DNA of 64,000 nucleotides from Mycobacteriales bacterium (GCA_035550655.1 DASZOU010000022.1:31096-95095), one strand, 5' to 3'; counted from the stretch's first letter, positions 1 to 9,699 are shown. Notes: a model not told the origin generated them from the letters alone. Numbers and translations: made by a program.

Positions 1-183
1 CACGTTGACGAAGCGGTTCAGCGAGCCGTCCTCGCTCACCAGCCGGCCGCGCAGCCCCTCGTAGCGCGAGTCGAGATCCACGAACAGCTCCTGCAGCGTC
101 CCGCCTTCGCCGGTCACGGCTTTCTCGCCGCCGGTGTAGCTGCGCAGGATCGTCGGGATACGGGCTTCGATTGCCATGGCCAT
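1..183 (-). CDS. cysO: Sulfur-carrier protein CysO (MoaD/ThiS beta-grasp), N-terminal ~61 aa only, truncated by the window edge
   Basis: Reverse translation from 183 gives MAMAIEARIPTILRSYTGGEKAVTGEGGTLQELFVDLDSRYEGLRGRLVSEDGSLNRFVNV, a typical CysO/MoaD N-terminus. It sits directly downstream of mec, as in the mycobacterial mec-cysO-cysM arrangement. Confidence 0.7.
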   Translation of the reverse strand, partial: MAMAIEARIPTILRSYTGGEKAVTGEGGTLQELFVDLDSRYEGLRGRLVSEDGSLNRFVNV

Positions 184-220
184 ATTTTCGCAACACCGCC
201 TGCCCGGCCGGGATTCCGGG

Positions 221-625
221 TCAGACGATCTCGACCGGCTCCTCTTCCACGGCACCGTCGACGATGCGGAAGCTGCGGAACTCGGTGGTGTCGGGCTCGC
301 GAGTCGACACGAGCACATAGTGAGCGCTGGGCTCCGCGGCCAGACCGATGTCGGTTCTCGACGGGTAGGCCTCGGTCGCGGTGTGTGAGTGGTAGATCAC
401 GACTGGCTCCTCGTCCCGATCGTCCATCTCCCGCCATACCCGGAGCTGTTCCATCGAGTCGAACCGGTAGAACGTCGGCGATCGTTCCGCGTTCTGCATC
501 GCGACGAACCGTTCCGGCCGATCGCTGCCGGCGGGGCCGGCGATGATCCCGCAAGCTTCGTCGGGATGGTCACGACGAGCGTGGTCGACGATTGCGTCGT
601 GGAGATCGCGGCGAATCCTCAGCAC
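221..625 (-). CDS. mec: JAMM/MPN+ metalloprotease Mec (CysO-cysteine peptidase)
   Basis: 134 aa with the HSHTATEAYPSRTDI JAMM motif (HxHx7Sx2D) and an EACGII N-terminal region. Located immediately upstream of cysO. Confidence 0.85.
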   Translation of the reverse strand: MLRIRRDLHDAIVDHARRDHPDEACGIIAGPAGSDRPERFVAMQNAERSPTFYRFDSMEQLRVWREMDDRDEEPVVIYHSHTATEAYPSRTDIGLAAEPSAHYVLVSTREPDTTEFRSFRIVDGAVEEEPVEIV

Positions 626-651
626 GCGCAGAGGCTACGTCGACCCAGCCG

Positions 652-1215
652 TCAGCCCCCGGTGACGGCCCGGACCATCGCGTCCTGCAACCAGGTCACC
701 CAGTCGTACACGCCGAGCTGAAGGTGGCGCGACGACCCTGGTTCGGCTGACCGCCGTTCCTCATCCATGTCCTCCGTGACGCCCAGCGTCGTTCCGAGCG
801 CGAGTCGCACGTCGGTGAGGGCGTACAGCCAGCGCTCGGCCGCCGCTTCGGGGAGCTCGAGCCGAAGCTGCCCACCCTTGCGGCCCCCCGCCCCGGCCAA
901 GTCGTCAATCACCTGTTGGAGCGCGAGGCACTTCTGCGCCCGCAAGTCACTGTCCATGAGGCGCCGGAACTCGCCCGCGGCCGCGTCGTCATCGCGGTAA
1001 GCGTTGGGGAGCAACCGGGCGAGAACCGGATCCTGCGGCGGCTCGATGGCCTCCGGCGGCAGCGCGAGCATCGCCTCCATCGGATCGACCGGACCAGCGG
1101 AGCCCTCGCCCCCGAGCAGCTGCTTCACCTGCGCCGCGAGGCTGGCGAGCAGGACCACCTCGGAATCGTCGAGCCCGAGCCGGACGGCGCCGCCACGACG
1201 ACGGACGGAGCCCAC
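652..1215 (-). CDS. DUF2017-family protein (Rv1332-like)
   Basis: 187-aa acidic protein lying between clpS and mec in the conserved mycobacterial order. No catalytic motif recognised. Confidence 0.7.
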   Translation of the reverse strand: MGSVRRRGGAVRLGLDDSEVVLLASLAAQVKQLLGGEGSAGPVDPMEAMLALPPEAIEPPQDPVLARLLPNAYRDDDAAAGEFRRLMDSDLRAQKCLALQQVIDDLAGAGGRKGGQLRLELPEAAAERWLYALTDVRLALGTTLGVTEDMDEERRSAEPGSSRHLQLGVYDWVTWLQDAMVRAVTGG

Positions 1216-1218
1216 CGC

Positions 1219-1509
1219 TCAGTCCTGCTGCAGCGTGGCCCACAGGCCGGCGGCGTGCAGTCTCGCGACGTCGTTCTCCATCTGCTCGCGACTTCCGCTG
1301 GACACGGCGGCACGGCCCTTGTGGTGAACGTCCAACATCAGCTCGGTCGCCTTGTCGCGGCTGTACCCGAACAGCTTCTGGAAGACCCAGGTGACGTAGC
1401 TCATCAGGTTGACCGGGTCGTTCCACACGATCGCAACCCAAGGCTTGTCCGGCTCCTCGGCCTCGAACGCCTTGGGGCTCCGCGATCGCTCGATCGTCGG
1501 CGCCGTCAT
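1219..1509 (-). CDS. clpS: ATP-dependent Clp protease adaptor ClpS
   Basis: 96 aa. The [47 protein letters not shown] stretch is a canonical ClpS core. Divergent from pncB. Confidence 0.9.
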   Translation of the reverse strand: MTAPTIERSRSPKAFEAEEPDKPWVAIVWNDPVNLMSYVTWVFQKLFGYSRDKATELMLDVHHKGRAAVSSGSREQMENDVARLHAAGLWATLQQD

Positions 1510-1538
1510 CCATCCAGTGTCGCTTCTAGAGTCAGCGC

Positions 1539-2846
1539 ATGGCCAGCACTGCGCTGCTCACCGACCACTACGAGCTCACCATGGTGGACGCCGCCCTGCG
1601 CAGCGGTGCCGCCACCAGGCGCTGCGCCTTCGAGGTCTTCGCCCGGTCGTTGCCGGGACAGCGGCGATACGGCGTGTTCGCGGGGTTAGGCCGCCTCGTC
1701 GAAGCCATCACGATGTTCAGCTTCGACACCGACGCCATCGAGTTCCTCGCCGCGCGGGGGGTGGTCGACGCTGCGACGTGCGAGTGGCTGGCGAGCTATC
1801 GCTTCGGTGGATCCATCGACGGCTACGCCGAGGGTGAGGTCCACTTCCCGGGCTCGCCGGTGCTCACCGTCGAGGGCAGCTTCGCCGAGTGCGTGGTCCT
1901 CGAGACCCTCGTCCTGTCCGTCCTCAACCACGACAGCGCGGTGGCCACCGCGGCGGCGCGGATGACCGGCGCCGCTGCGGGCCGACCGTGCATCGAGATG
2001 GGCTCGCGACGTACCCACGAGGTCGCGGCGACGGCGAGTGCTCGCGCGGCCTACGTCGGCGGCTTCGACGCCACGTCGAACCTCGCCGCCGGGGAACGCT
2101 GGGGAATCCCGACGACCGGCACGGCCGCCCACGCCTTCACCCTCGTGCACGACGACGAGCGCAGTGCGTTTGCGGCGCAAGTCGAGGCTCTGGGCGTGGG
2201 CACGACGCTTCTGGTCGACACGTACGACGTCGAGGCCGGCATCCGCACGGCAGTCGAGGTGGCCGGACCCTCGCTGGGCGCTATCCGGCTCGACTCCGGA
2301 GACCTCCCGACGCAGGCACGGGAGGCGCGCCGGCTGCTCGATGCCATGGGCGCGACGAAGACCCGCATCGTCGTGACCAGCGACCTCGACGAGCACGCCA
2401 TCGCCGCGCTGGCGTCTGCTCCGGTCGATGGCTACGGCGTCGGAACCTCCGTCGCCACCGGCAGCGGCGTCCCGACCGCGGGCTTCGTCTACAAGCTGGT
2501 CGCCCGCGAGGACGGGACCGGGGCGATGCGGCCGGTCGAGAAGCGAAGTGCCGGCAAGACCAGCGCCGGCGGGCGCAAGCATGCGTCGCGGCGACTCGCA
2601 CACGGCATCGCGGTCGCCGAGGTCTTGCGAATCGGGCCGGGCGACATCGCCGTCGACGAACGACCGCTGCAGCTCGCAGTGATGCGTGACGGCGATGCCG
2701 TCGCGGTCGATGCCCTCGCCGACGCGCGAGAGCGGTGCCGGCGATCCCTCGCCGAGCTGCCGCCGCATGCGATGAAGCTGTCTGCGGGTGAGCCCGCTAT
2801 CGAGACCGTCGTCGAGCCCCCGAAGTCGGAGACAATCAAGCCATGA
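1539..2846 (+). CDS. pncB: Nicotinate phosphoribosyltransferase
   Basis: 435 aa. The N-terminus [15 protein letters not shown] and overall length match NAPRTase. Overlaps pncA by ATGA. Confidence 0.9.
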   Translation: MASTALLTDHYELTMVDAALRSGAATRRCAFEVFARSLPGQRRYGVFAGLGRLVEAITMFSFDTDAIEFLAARGVVDAATCEWLASYRFGGSIDGYAEGEVHFPGSPVLTVEGSFAECVVLETLVLSVLNHDSAVATAAARMTGAAAGRPCIEMGSRRTHEVAATASARAAYVGGFDATSNLAAGERWGIPTTGTAAHAFTLVHDDERSAFAAQVEALGVGTTLLVDTYDVEAGIRTAVEVAGPSLGAIRLDSGDLPTQAREARRLLDAMGATKTRIVVTSDLDEHAIAALASAPVDGYGVGTSVATGSGVPTAGFVYKLVAREDGTGAMRPVEKRSAGKTSAGGRKHASRRLAHGIAVAEVLRIGPGDIAVDERPLQLAVMRDGDAVAVDALADARERCRRSLAELPPHAMKLSAGEPAIETVVEPPKSETIKP

Positions 2847-3412
2847 CCAGGGCGCTCGTCGTCGTCGATGTGCAGAACGACTTCTGTGAGGGCGGCTCGC
2901 TGGCCGTCGCCGGCGGGGCGAGCGTCGCCGCCGGGATCAGCACGCTGCTCGCCACCACCGACTACCCGGTGGTCGTCGCCACGCGGGATGCCCACCGCGA
3001 CCCCGGCGATCACTTCTCGGACCGTCCGGACTTCGTCGACCACTGGCCGCGGCACTGTGTCGTCGGGACGGCCGGCGCCCAGCTCCACCCCAACCTCGAC
3101 ACCCAGAGGATCGACGCGATCTTCGACAAGGGCGCCTTCCACGCCGCCTACAGCGGGTTCGAGGCGGTCGACTCCGATGGCACCGCCCTCGCGGACTGGC
3201 TGCGCTCCCGCAAGGTGGACGCGCTCGACGTGGTCGGCATCGCCACCGATCATTGCGTCCGCGCGACCGCCCTCGACGCCGTCAAGGAGGGGTTCGCGAC
3301 CACGGTCCTGCTCGATCACACCGCCGGGGTCGCGGCGGAAACGGTCGAGCGCGCGTTGGCGGAGATGTCGGCCGCGGGAGTCACGCTTCTGGGTCGACCA
3401 GCTTCCGCTTGA
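2843..3412 (+). CDS. pncA: Nicotinamidase/pyrazinamidase (isochorismatase family)
   Basis: 189 aa. ALVVVDVQNDFCEGGSLAV, the catalytic Cys in ATDHCVRATALDA and a metal-binding Asp/His pattern are present. Confidence 0.85.
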   Translation: MTRALVVVDVQNDFCEGGSLAVAGGASVAAGISTLLATTDYPVVVATRDAHRDPGDHFSDRPDFVDHWPRHCVVGTAGAQLHPNLDTQRIDAIFDKGAFHAAYSGFEAVDSDGTALADWLRSRKVDALDVVGIATDHCVRATALDAVKEGFATTVLLDHTAGVAAETVERALAEMSAAGVTLLGRPASA

Positions 3413-5021
3413 GGACCTTCCCCGTCGCGTTGCGGGGCAGCGCGTCGTGCCGGACGATCTCGCGCGGCACCTTGTAGTTGGCGAGCTGCTGCTTGACGTG
3501 CGACCGGAGCTCCTCCGAGGTCGCGCTGGCACCCTCACGAAGGACCACGTGGGCGACGAGGGCCTGCCCGAACTTCTCGTCCGGCATCCCGACGACGGCT
3601 ACGTCGAGCACGGCGGGATGGCTGTGCAGGACATCCTCGACCTCGGCCGGGAAGACGTTCTCGCCACCGGAGACGATCATGTCGTCGTCGCGACCCTCGA
3701 CGTACAACCGGCCGTCGTCGCCGAACCGCCCCAGGTCGCCGATCGATGCGAGGTTCCCGAGCCGCGCCTTGTCCTCACCGCTCGTGTAGCCCTCGAAGGA
3801 CATTCCGCTGCCTGCGAAGATGCGGCCGACCTCGCCGGGCGCGACGTCCTGGTCATTGTCGTCGACGATCCGCACGGACACGCCCTTCAGCACCCGGCCC
3901 GCGGTCGTCGGGGCTTCCCGGAGGTCGGCGGGACCGGCGACGCTCACGTACGCGATCTCGGTGGATCCGTAGAGGCTGTAGAGCACGTCGCCGAAGCGAT
4001 CCATGAATCGCGTGGCGAGCGTGGGGGCCAGCGCGGAGCCGGACAACGCCACGATGCGCAGCGAGCTCGTGTCGGGCGATGCATCGACGTCGAGCATTCG
4101 CTGGCACATCACCGGAACCGCCGCCATCGTGTCGGCCTGGTGCTTCTCGACGAGCGCCAGAGTGCCCGCAGGGTCGAACCGGCGCGACATCACGAGCGTC
4201 GAGTGCAGGAGCATCCCGATCGTCACGTTGCCGAGGCCCCAGGCGTGGAAGGTGGGCGCCGCGAGCACCGTGACGCCGCCGGCGCGGTACGGGATCGCGT
4301 CGAGCAGCGCGATGCCGCTGACCGCTCCCGTTATCGGGTTCGGCGATCCTCGCGCTGCCCCCTTCGGCCGTCCGGTCGTCCCGCTCGTGAGAATCACGTG
4401 CCGGCCTTCCACGCCGGGGGACGGCAATGCCGGAGCGTCCGCGTCGCCGTGCGCCGCCAGCAGTCCGGCGATGCTGTCCGACCGGTCATCTTCGTCGGTC
4501 CACGCCCACAGCCGCGGCCGGGATCCGGCATGCTGCCGGACGATGTCGGCGAACTCGTCGTCGGCGACGATCGCGGCAGCGTTCTCGCTGTCGAGCACGT
4601 CACCCAGCTGCGGCCCGGCGAAGCCGGTGTTGGCGTACAGCACATCCGCGCCGAGCTTCGAGATCGCCACCATCGCGACGATGAAGGCACCGGAGTTGCG
4701 CGCGAGCAGCGCGACGGAGTCCCCCGCACCGACGCCCTGCGCGGCCAGGCCGGCCGCGACGACGCTGCTTCGGCGGTCGACCTCCGCGAACGTGAGGGTT
4801 TCGCGATCGTCGATGACCGCGACGCCGTCGGGGTACCGCGCCGCGTTCGCGGCATACAGGCCGGCCGGCGTCCGGCCCCAATGACGCAACCCGCCGACGA
4901 CCCCGAGCAGGCGGTCGGGACGAACCGGCGTCGTGAGGCCGATTCGGTGAGCGACCTTCGCGGTCGCCCAGCCACCGCGCGCAACACCTCCGGCGAGAGA
5001 CGCCAGCCGGTCGACGACCAT
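3381..5021 (-). CDS. Acyl-CoA synthetase / AMP-dependent ligase (FadD-like)
   Basis: AMP-binding motifs ILTSGTTGRPKGA, YGSTE and the GRxDD-like GRDDDMIVSGGENV are present. The chosen start ATG at 5021 is preceded by an AGGAG Shine-Dalgarno sequence. The 5090 start in the track would overlap the upstream gene. Confidence 0.85.
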   Translation of the reverse strand: MVVDRLASLAGGVARGGWATAKVAHRIGLTTPVRPDRLLGVVGGLRHWGRTPAGLYAANAARYPDGVAVIDDRETLTFAEVDRRSSVVAAGLAAQGVGAGDSVALLARNSGAFIVAMVAISKLGADVLYANTGFAGPQLGDVLDSENAAAIVADDEFADIVRQHAGSRPRLWAWTDEDDRSDSIAGLLAAHGDADAPALPSPGVEGRHVILTSGTTGRPKGAARGSPNPITGAVSGIALLDAIPYRAGGVTVLAAPTFHAWGLGNVTIGMLLHSTLVMSRRFDPAGTLALVEKHQADTMAAVPVMCQRMLDVDASPDTSSLRIVALSGSALAPTLATRFMDRFGDVLYSLYGSTEIAYVSVAGPADLREAPTTAGRVLKGVSVRIVDDNDQDVAPGEVGRIFAGSGMSFEGYTSGEDKARLGNLASIGDLGRFGDDGRLYVEGRDDDMIVSGGENVFPAEVEDVLHSHPAVLDVAVVGMPDEKFGQALVAHVVLREGASATSEELRSHVKQQLANYKVPREIVRHDALPRNATGKVLKRKLVDPEA

Positions 5022-5037
5022 CCTCAAACTCTCCTCG

Positions 5038-5952
5038 TCACGGCGACAGCTCGATCCCCCAGCGGCCCTGCCACTCACCACCGGGCGCAAGCTCGACGAG
5101 CGACTCTCCCGACGCGAGTGCGTTGGGTGGCGCCGTCATCGGCTCGACGCCCAGCCCTCGCCGCCTGCGGCTCGGGTCCGGCAACGCGTCACCCGTGAAG
5201 ATCTCCAGGTACGGGTACGCCGAGTCGACCCAGACCGTCACCGCGCGTTCGCCTCCGGGAGCGGCAAGGCGCAGCCTGGCAAGTCCATCGGCATCGCGAG
5301 ACAGCCCGGTGTAGGTGTGGTCGACCTCGAGCTCACCGAGCCGGCGCGGCTCGCGGAAGTCGTACGCCGTGCCGGCGACCTCCTCCTGCCCGACGGGGAT
5401 CTGCTGCTCACCGGTCAGCAACCGGGTCGTTGCCGGCAGCGTGAGCACCGCGTCGTCGATGGTCGCGGTGCCGACCGTGACGTACGGATGGAACCCGGCC
5501 GCCACCGGCGCGACCGTCTCGCTCTCGTTGCGAATCGTCGTCACGACGGTCAGGCCGTTGTCGTCGAGCGACCAGGCGTTCGTCACGGTGAGCCGCCAGG
5601 GATATCCCGGCTGCGGCGCACAGACGCAGGAGAGGGTGACGGACGAGTCCGAGTGCTCGACCAGGTCCCAGGCGAGCCAGCGGACCAGACCATGGATCGC
5701 GTTGTGCTGCTCGGGCTCGGTGATCGCAAGCTGCTGATCCGCGCCGTCCCAGCGCCACCTTCCGTCCTGCACCCGGTTGGGCCAGGGAACCAGCGTCTGG
5801 CAGCGGGCACCGTCGCACATCGCGTCCGGCGGGTACCCGTCGAGCACGTCGAGCCCGGCAGCGGTGTACGTGCGCAGCCCGCCGCCGACCTCGACGGCGA
5901 CCGCTTCCTGCTCGCCGTGCCGGATCACGTACTGCGCGCCGCTGGGTTCCAT
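5038..5952 (-). CDS. Aldose 1-epimerase (galactose mutarotase-like) family protein
   Basis: Mutarotase-like beta-sandwich signature (…GFHPYVTV…, …EPMTAPPNAL…). Start taken at MEPSGAQY (5952) because the track's longer N-terminus is Arg-rich low-complexity. Confidence 0.75.
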   Translation of the reverse strand: MEPSGAQYVIRHGEQEAVAVEVGGGLRTYTAAGLDVLDGYPPDAMCDGARCQTLVPWPNRVQDGRWRWDGADQQLAITEPEQHNAIHGLVRWLAWDLVEHSDSSVTLSCVCAPQPGYPWRLTVTNAWSLDDNGLTVVTTIRNESETVAPVAAGFHPYVTVGTATIDDAVLTLPATTRLLTGEQQIPVGQEEVAGTAYDFREPRRLGELEVDHTYTGLSRDADGLARLRLAAPGGERAVTVWVDSAYPYLEIFTGDALPDPSRRRRGLGVEPMTAPPNALASGESLVELAPGGEWQGRWGIELSP

Positions 5953-5960
5953 CGCGCGGA

Positions 5961-6530
5961 TCAGTTCATCGTCGGGTCGTAGGGAAACGTCGCAACAGCG
6001 CAAAGCGGCCACGGCTGCCGTCGCAGCACGGCCGACCAGAGCCCGTCGGGGAAGTCGACGAACGCGTCCCCCGGCATCCGGTCGACGACGAACCACGCCC
6101 CGTCCTCGATCTCGGCCTCGAGCTGACCGCCACCCCACCCCGCGTATCCGGCGAACACCCGCAGCTCGCGGAGCGACGCGGCGAGCTGACTCGGGTCGTA
6201 GTCGAGGTCAACTGTGACGAGCGGCCCGACCACCGGTCGCCATGCCTGCCCGGCCACAGCGCTGCCAGCCGCTCCCGGATCGACCACGCCGAGCGCGATC
6301 GCGACGTTCGGCTCAACCGGACCACCGCTGAACAGCACCGCCGGTGCACTTGCGATGTCGGCGACCGGCGGGACGACCTCGAGCAGCGACGCATCCCCTG
6401 GCCGGTTGAGGACGAGACCCAGAGCGCCGTCGGCGTTGTGCTCGAGCATCGCGATGACCGTGCGGTTGAACTCCGGCGACCGCAACGTCGGGCTGGCGAC
6501 CAGAAGCTTGCCGGCGAGCCCGCCCGTCAT
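5961..6530 (-). CDS. YqgE/AlgH family protein (UPF0301/DUF179)
   Basis: 189 aa; LLVASPTL…FNRTVI…LEHN…GALGLVLNRP is the typical YqgE signature. Confidence 0.85.
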   Translation of the reverse strand: MTGGLAGKLLVASPTLRSPEFNRTVIAMLEHNADGALGLVLNRPGDASLLEVVPPVADIASAPAVLFSGGPVEPNVAIALGVVDPGAAGSAVAGQAWRPVVGPLVTVDLDYDPSQLAASLRELRVFAGYAGWGGGQLEAEIEDGAWFVVDRMPGDAFVDFPDGLWSAVLRRQPWPLCAVATFPYDPTMN

Positions 6531-7759
6531 CAGCGCACCGCCACCGGGAGATCGGTCAGACCGCGCAGGTTGATCCGTCCGTTGCGGGTGACCGCTCCGT
6601 CGAGACTGATCGTGGGGAACCGCCGGAACAGCCCGGCCAGAGCAGCTCGCGCCTCGCGCCGTGCAAGCGCGTTGCCGAGGCAGTGATGGATGCCACCGCC
6701 GAACGACACGTGCTGCTTGGCATTGGGCCGGTCGAGCCTGACGCTCGCAGCATCCGCGCCGAACACGGTCTCGTCCCGGTTGGCCGAGCCAAGGCTCGCG
6801 ATGACGACCCGGCCACGCGGGATGACGACGTCGGCGACGCGGTAGTCCTCGAGCGTCACCCGCCGCGTCAGCTGTACGGGGCTGTCGAAGCGCAACAGCT
6901 CCTCGACGGCGTTGTCCTCGATCCCGGTCTCACGGCGCAGGACCTCTGCCTGCTCCGGGGCGTTGAGCAGGGCGTAGGCGCCGTTGCCGATCAGGTTCAC
7001 GGTGGTCTCATGCCCCGCGACGTACAGCAGGATCACCTGCGAGACCAGTTCTTCGTCGGTGAGAGCGTCGTCACCGTCGTGAACGTTGATCAGCGCGGTG
7101 AGCAGGTCAGCCGCGGGGTGCTCGCGCTTCCAGGCGATCGCCTCCGACGTGCGGTCCGCCATCTCGATCTCGGCAGCGACGATGGCGCGAACGATCTCGG
7201 GGTCCGGCACCGGCTCCAACGACCGGACGATCGTCGCCGACAGCTCGCGCAACCGGTCCACGTCGTTCTCGGGCATGCCGAGCATCGCCGAGATGACGGC
7301 GAACGGAAGGGGGAACGCGAGCGCGTCGATCAGGTTGACCGCGCCCAGGTCCTCGATCCGGTCGAGCGACTCCGCTACGAGCCCGTCGATCACCGGGCCG
7401 AGGCCGTCCACCGTGCGGGGGGTGAACGCCTTGGCGACGAGGCGACGCAACCGGGTGTGATCCGGCGGATCGCGGTCGAGCATCGACAGGCCGCCGCCGC
7501 GACGGCCGTGATCCGCTTCGCTGTAGATCTCGTCGTAGACGTCCCGGAGCGGGCCGTGCTCCGTGACGTGCCGGTCCTCGACCGACATCCGCGAGCGAAG
7601 CAGCTCGTCGACGTCACGGTGGCGCCACAACGCCCAGAACCCGAACTCGTGCTCCTCGACCGGGACGGCGTCGCGGAGGGTGGCGTATTGCGGGTAGGGG
7701 TCCACTGTGAAGGCAGGGTCGAACGGCTGGAAGGAGACCGCCGCCTGCGTCATACCCAA
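6530..7759 (-). CDS. Cytochrome P450
   Basis: 409 aa. Heme-binding loop FGGGIHHCLGNALAR, the EXXR motif (ELLRFDSP) and the I-helix AGHETT are all present. Confidence 0.9.
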   Translation of the reverse strand: MGMTQAAVSFQPFDPAFTVDPYPQYATLRDAVPVEEHEFGFWALWRHRDVDELLRSRMSVEDRHVTEHGPLRDVYDEIYSEADHGRRGGGLSMLDRDPPDHTRLRRLVAKAFTPRTVDGLGPVIDGLVAESLDRIEDLGAVNLIDALAFPLPFAVISAMLGMPENDVDRLRELSATIVRSLEPVPDPEIVRAIVAAEIEMADRTSEAIAWKREHPAADLLTALINVHDGDDALTDEELVSQVILLYVAGHETTVNLIGNGAYALLNAPEQAEVLRRETGIEDNAVEELLRFDSPVQLTRRVTLEDYRVADVVIPRGRVVIASLGSANRDETVFGADAASVRLDRPNAKQHVSFGGGIHHCLGNALARREARAALAGLFRRFPTISLDGAVTRNGRINLRGLTDLPVAVR

Positions 7760-7777
7760 ACGGTATCCACTCGCGGC

Positions 7778-8482
7778 TCAGTCCACGACCGTCGGAAACG
7801 CGACGCCCTGCGCCGCCAACTCCGTCTCTCCACGTTTGCGCGCACGCGCGCTGTATACCCCGGTGAAAACCCCTAGACCGCCGAAGCAGACGAACGCGAG
7901 AGCCGGCGACACGGCGAGAAACGGACCGGTCGGCAGCACCGTCGCGAGGAAGATCCGAGCCGAGGCCTCGACGACCAAGCCGACGCCCCAGGTCAGCGTG
8001 ATCACGGCGAACACGCGCTGCGCGTCCCCGATCTCCCACAGCTCGTCGTACGCCGCCCGCCGCCGCGGATCGTCACCGGCCGACATCGCCTTGCCGATGT
8101 GGAACATCATCGGCCTGCTCATGAGCAGCGAGAACATGCACGCGATCCCGAAGCCGAGGGTGAACGCCGAGTCGCGGACCTTCAGCACGAACGCGCTGCC
8201 GCCCAGCAGTTCCGAGACCGACACGCCAACGACGAACCCGGACAAGACGATGGCACCGATGGGATCGAGCCGTCGGGTCCGGACCCACTGCAGCACGACC
8301 CACGCGGCTGGGAAGAAACCGGCGATGATCAACGCACGCTGGTCGCTCGACACATGATGACGGACCACGTAGTACACGCTCAGTGGCACGATCGCACCAC
8401 CGATGACGCTGGGCACGAACGCCCGTGGCGAGGGCGGCCCGGGCTCCCAAACCGCGCCCGGCGTGCCGCTCTTCTCGGCCAT
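7778..8482 (-). CDS. Polytopic membrane protein of unknown function
   Basis: 234 aa with about 6 hydrophobic segments and no enzymatic motif. Confidence 0.5.
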   Translation of the reverse strand: MAEKSGTPGAVWEPGPPSPRAFVPSVIGGAIVPLSVYYVVRHHVSSDQRALIIAGFFPAAWVVLQWVRTRRLDPIGAIVLSGFVVGVSVSELLGGSAFVLKVRDSAFTLGFGIACMFSLLMSRPMMFHIGKAMSAGDDPRRRAAYDELWEIGDAQRVFAVITLTWGVGLVVEASARIFLATVLPTGPFLAVSPALAFVCFGGLGVFTGVYSARARKRGETELAAQGVAFPTVVD

Positions 8483-8499
8483 CGCGAAAGAATAGATCC

Positions 8500-8937
8500 G
8501 TGCCCGCCGCCAAGGACGTCGTCTACCGCTACGGAACCCGGCTGCACAACGCGCTGTTCACCGCGAGCGGCGGCAGGCTGTTCAACCGCGGCCGCGGCAT
8601 GCCCATGGTCAAGCTGACGACAACCGGCCGCAAGTCGGGGCAGCCGCGCACGATCATGGCGACGACGCCGTTGCAGATGGGCGACTCACTCGTCCTCATC
8701 GCCTCCTTCGGCGGCGACGACCGCGAGCCGCAGTGGTGCCAGAACATCCGGGCGAACGCCGACGTCGAGGTCACGGTGAACGGCCAGACGCGCAAGATGC
8801 GCGCCCGGGTCGCGAGCGCCGACGAACGCGCCGAGCTCTGGCCGAAGGTGGTCGCGAACCCCCACGCTTCGTTCTACGCCGACTATCAGAAGAAGACCGC
8901 CCGCGAGATCCCGGTCGTGATCTTCGACCCTGCCTGA
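8500..8937 (+). CDS. Deazaflavin (F420)-dependent nitroreductase family protein (DUF385/Ddn-like)
   Basis: In-frame GTG at 8500. Translation VPAAKDVVYRYGTRLHNALF…MVKLTTTGRKSGQPRT…ADYQKKT matches the split-barrel Ddn/DUF385 fold. Confidence 0.8.
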   Translation: MPAAKDVVYRYGTRLHNALFTASGGRLFNRGRGMPMVKLTTTGRKSGQPRTIMATTPLQMGDSLVLIASFGGDDREPQWCQNIRANADVEVTVNGQTRKMRARVASADERAELWPKVVANPHASFYADYQKKTAREIPVVIFDPA

Positions 8938-8952
8938 CCTCGCACGAAGCCG

Positions 8953-9138
8953 TCACCCGAGCGTGGACAGCCCGCCGTCCACCGCAATGGTCTGGCCCGT
9001 GATGTAGCTCGCGGCGTCGCTGCCCGAGCGCAACCCCGCAATCGACGAGATCAGCACAGCGGACGCGCCCTCGCCCATCACCGGGAGCGCCGCTTGCGGG
9101 CGAGGCGAGGTCTCATCCTTGCGTCCCTCGCTCACCAC
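8953..9138 (-). pseudogene. C-terminal remnant (61 aa) of a short-chain dehydrogenase/reductase
   Basis: …DAASYITGQTIAVDGGLST is a typical SDR C-terminus. The Rossmann/catalytic part is absent because the intact marR gene occupies the upstream space. The fragment starts 7 nt inside the marR stop. Confidence 0.4.
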
Positions 9139-9644
9139 CCCAGGGACGCCGGCGCCGCAGGACGCAGGCCCGCCGTCTCGGCGGCGGTTGCGAACAGCCG
9201 CAGCGCCTTGACGAGCGCTGCTTGTTCCGAACCGGGGATCGCGCCGATCAGGGCGGCGATCTGACCGCGACGTTTGGCGATGACCTCGGACACCAGGTGC
9301 TGGCCCCTCGCCGTGAGGCAGAGCACGACCTCACGGCGGCTTGCTGGGTTCTCGGTGCGGCTGACCAGCTCCGTCGCGACCAGCCGGTCGATCACGCGCA
9401 TCGCCGTTGAGGCGTTGACGTCGAGCTCGCCGGCGAGGCGGGAGAGGTTTGTCTGCCCGCGGTCGGCCAGCACCGCGAGCGTCCGGAACTGGGTGAGCGT
9501 CACCCGCGGGTCGACCTCTTCGACCGTCCTCGTGGAGATCCCTACCAGCAACCACGAGGCCGCGAGAACCGCCGTCACGAACTCGTCCAGCTCACCGTCA
9601 GCGGACGGTCCCGTCCCCTCAGCCACCCCATCTGAGGTAGTCAC
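9132..9644 (-). CDS. MarR-family transcriptional regulator
   Basis: 170 aa with a winged-HTH (…LTQFRTLAVLADRGQTNLSRLAGELDVNASTAMRVIDRLVATELV…). Confidence 0.85.
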   Translation of the reverse strand: MTTSDGVAEGTGPSADGELDEFVTAVLAASWLLVGISTRTVEEVDPRVTLTQFRTLAVLADRGQTNLSRLAGELDVNASTAMRVIDRLVATELVSRTENPASRREVVLCLTARGQHLVSEVIAKRRGQIAALIGAIPGSEQAALVKALRLFATAAETAGLRPAAPASLGW

Positions 9645-9671
9645 TCGCCCCTCCCCCGGATGACCAATCAG

Positions 9672-9696
9672 CTTCGCGGCACAGCGCGCCGCGAAG
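9672..9696. promoter_or_regulatory. Inverted repeat CTTCGCGGC-N7-GCCGCGAAG between the mscS stop and the marR start
   Basis: Perfect 9-bp arms read directly. The position (28 bp upstream of marR, 4 bp after the mscS stop) fits either a MarR autoregulatory operator or an intrinsic-terminator-like hairpin. Confidence 0.3.
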
Positions 9697-9699
9697 GGC

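Noticed and set aside
2868-5198. 776-aa ORF on + strand spanning pncA and fadD
   Set aside because: Arg/Pro/Ala-rich low-complexity translation, antisense to the well-supported fadD-like gene. A typical high-GC frame artefact.
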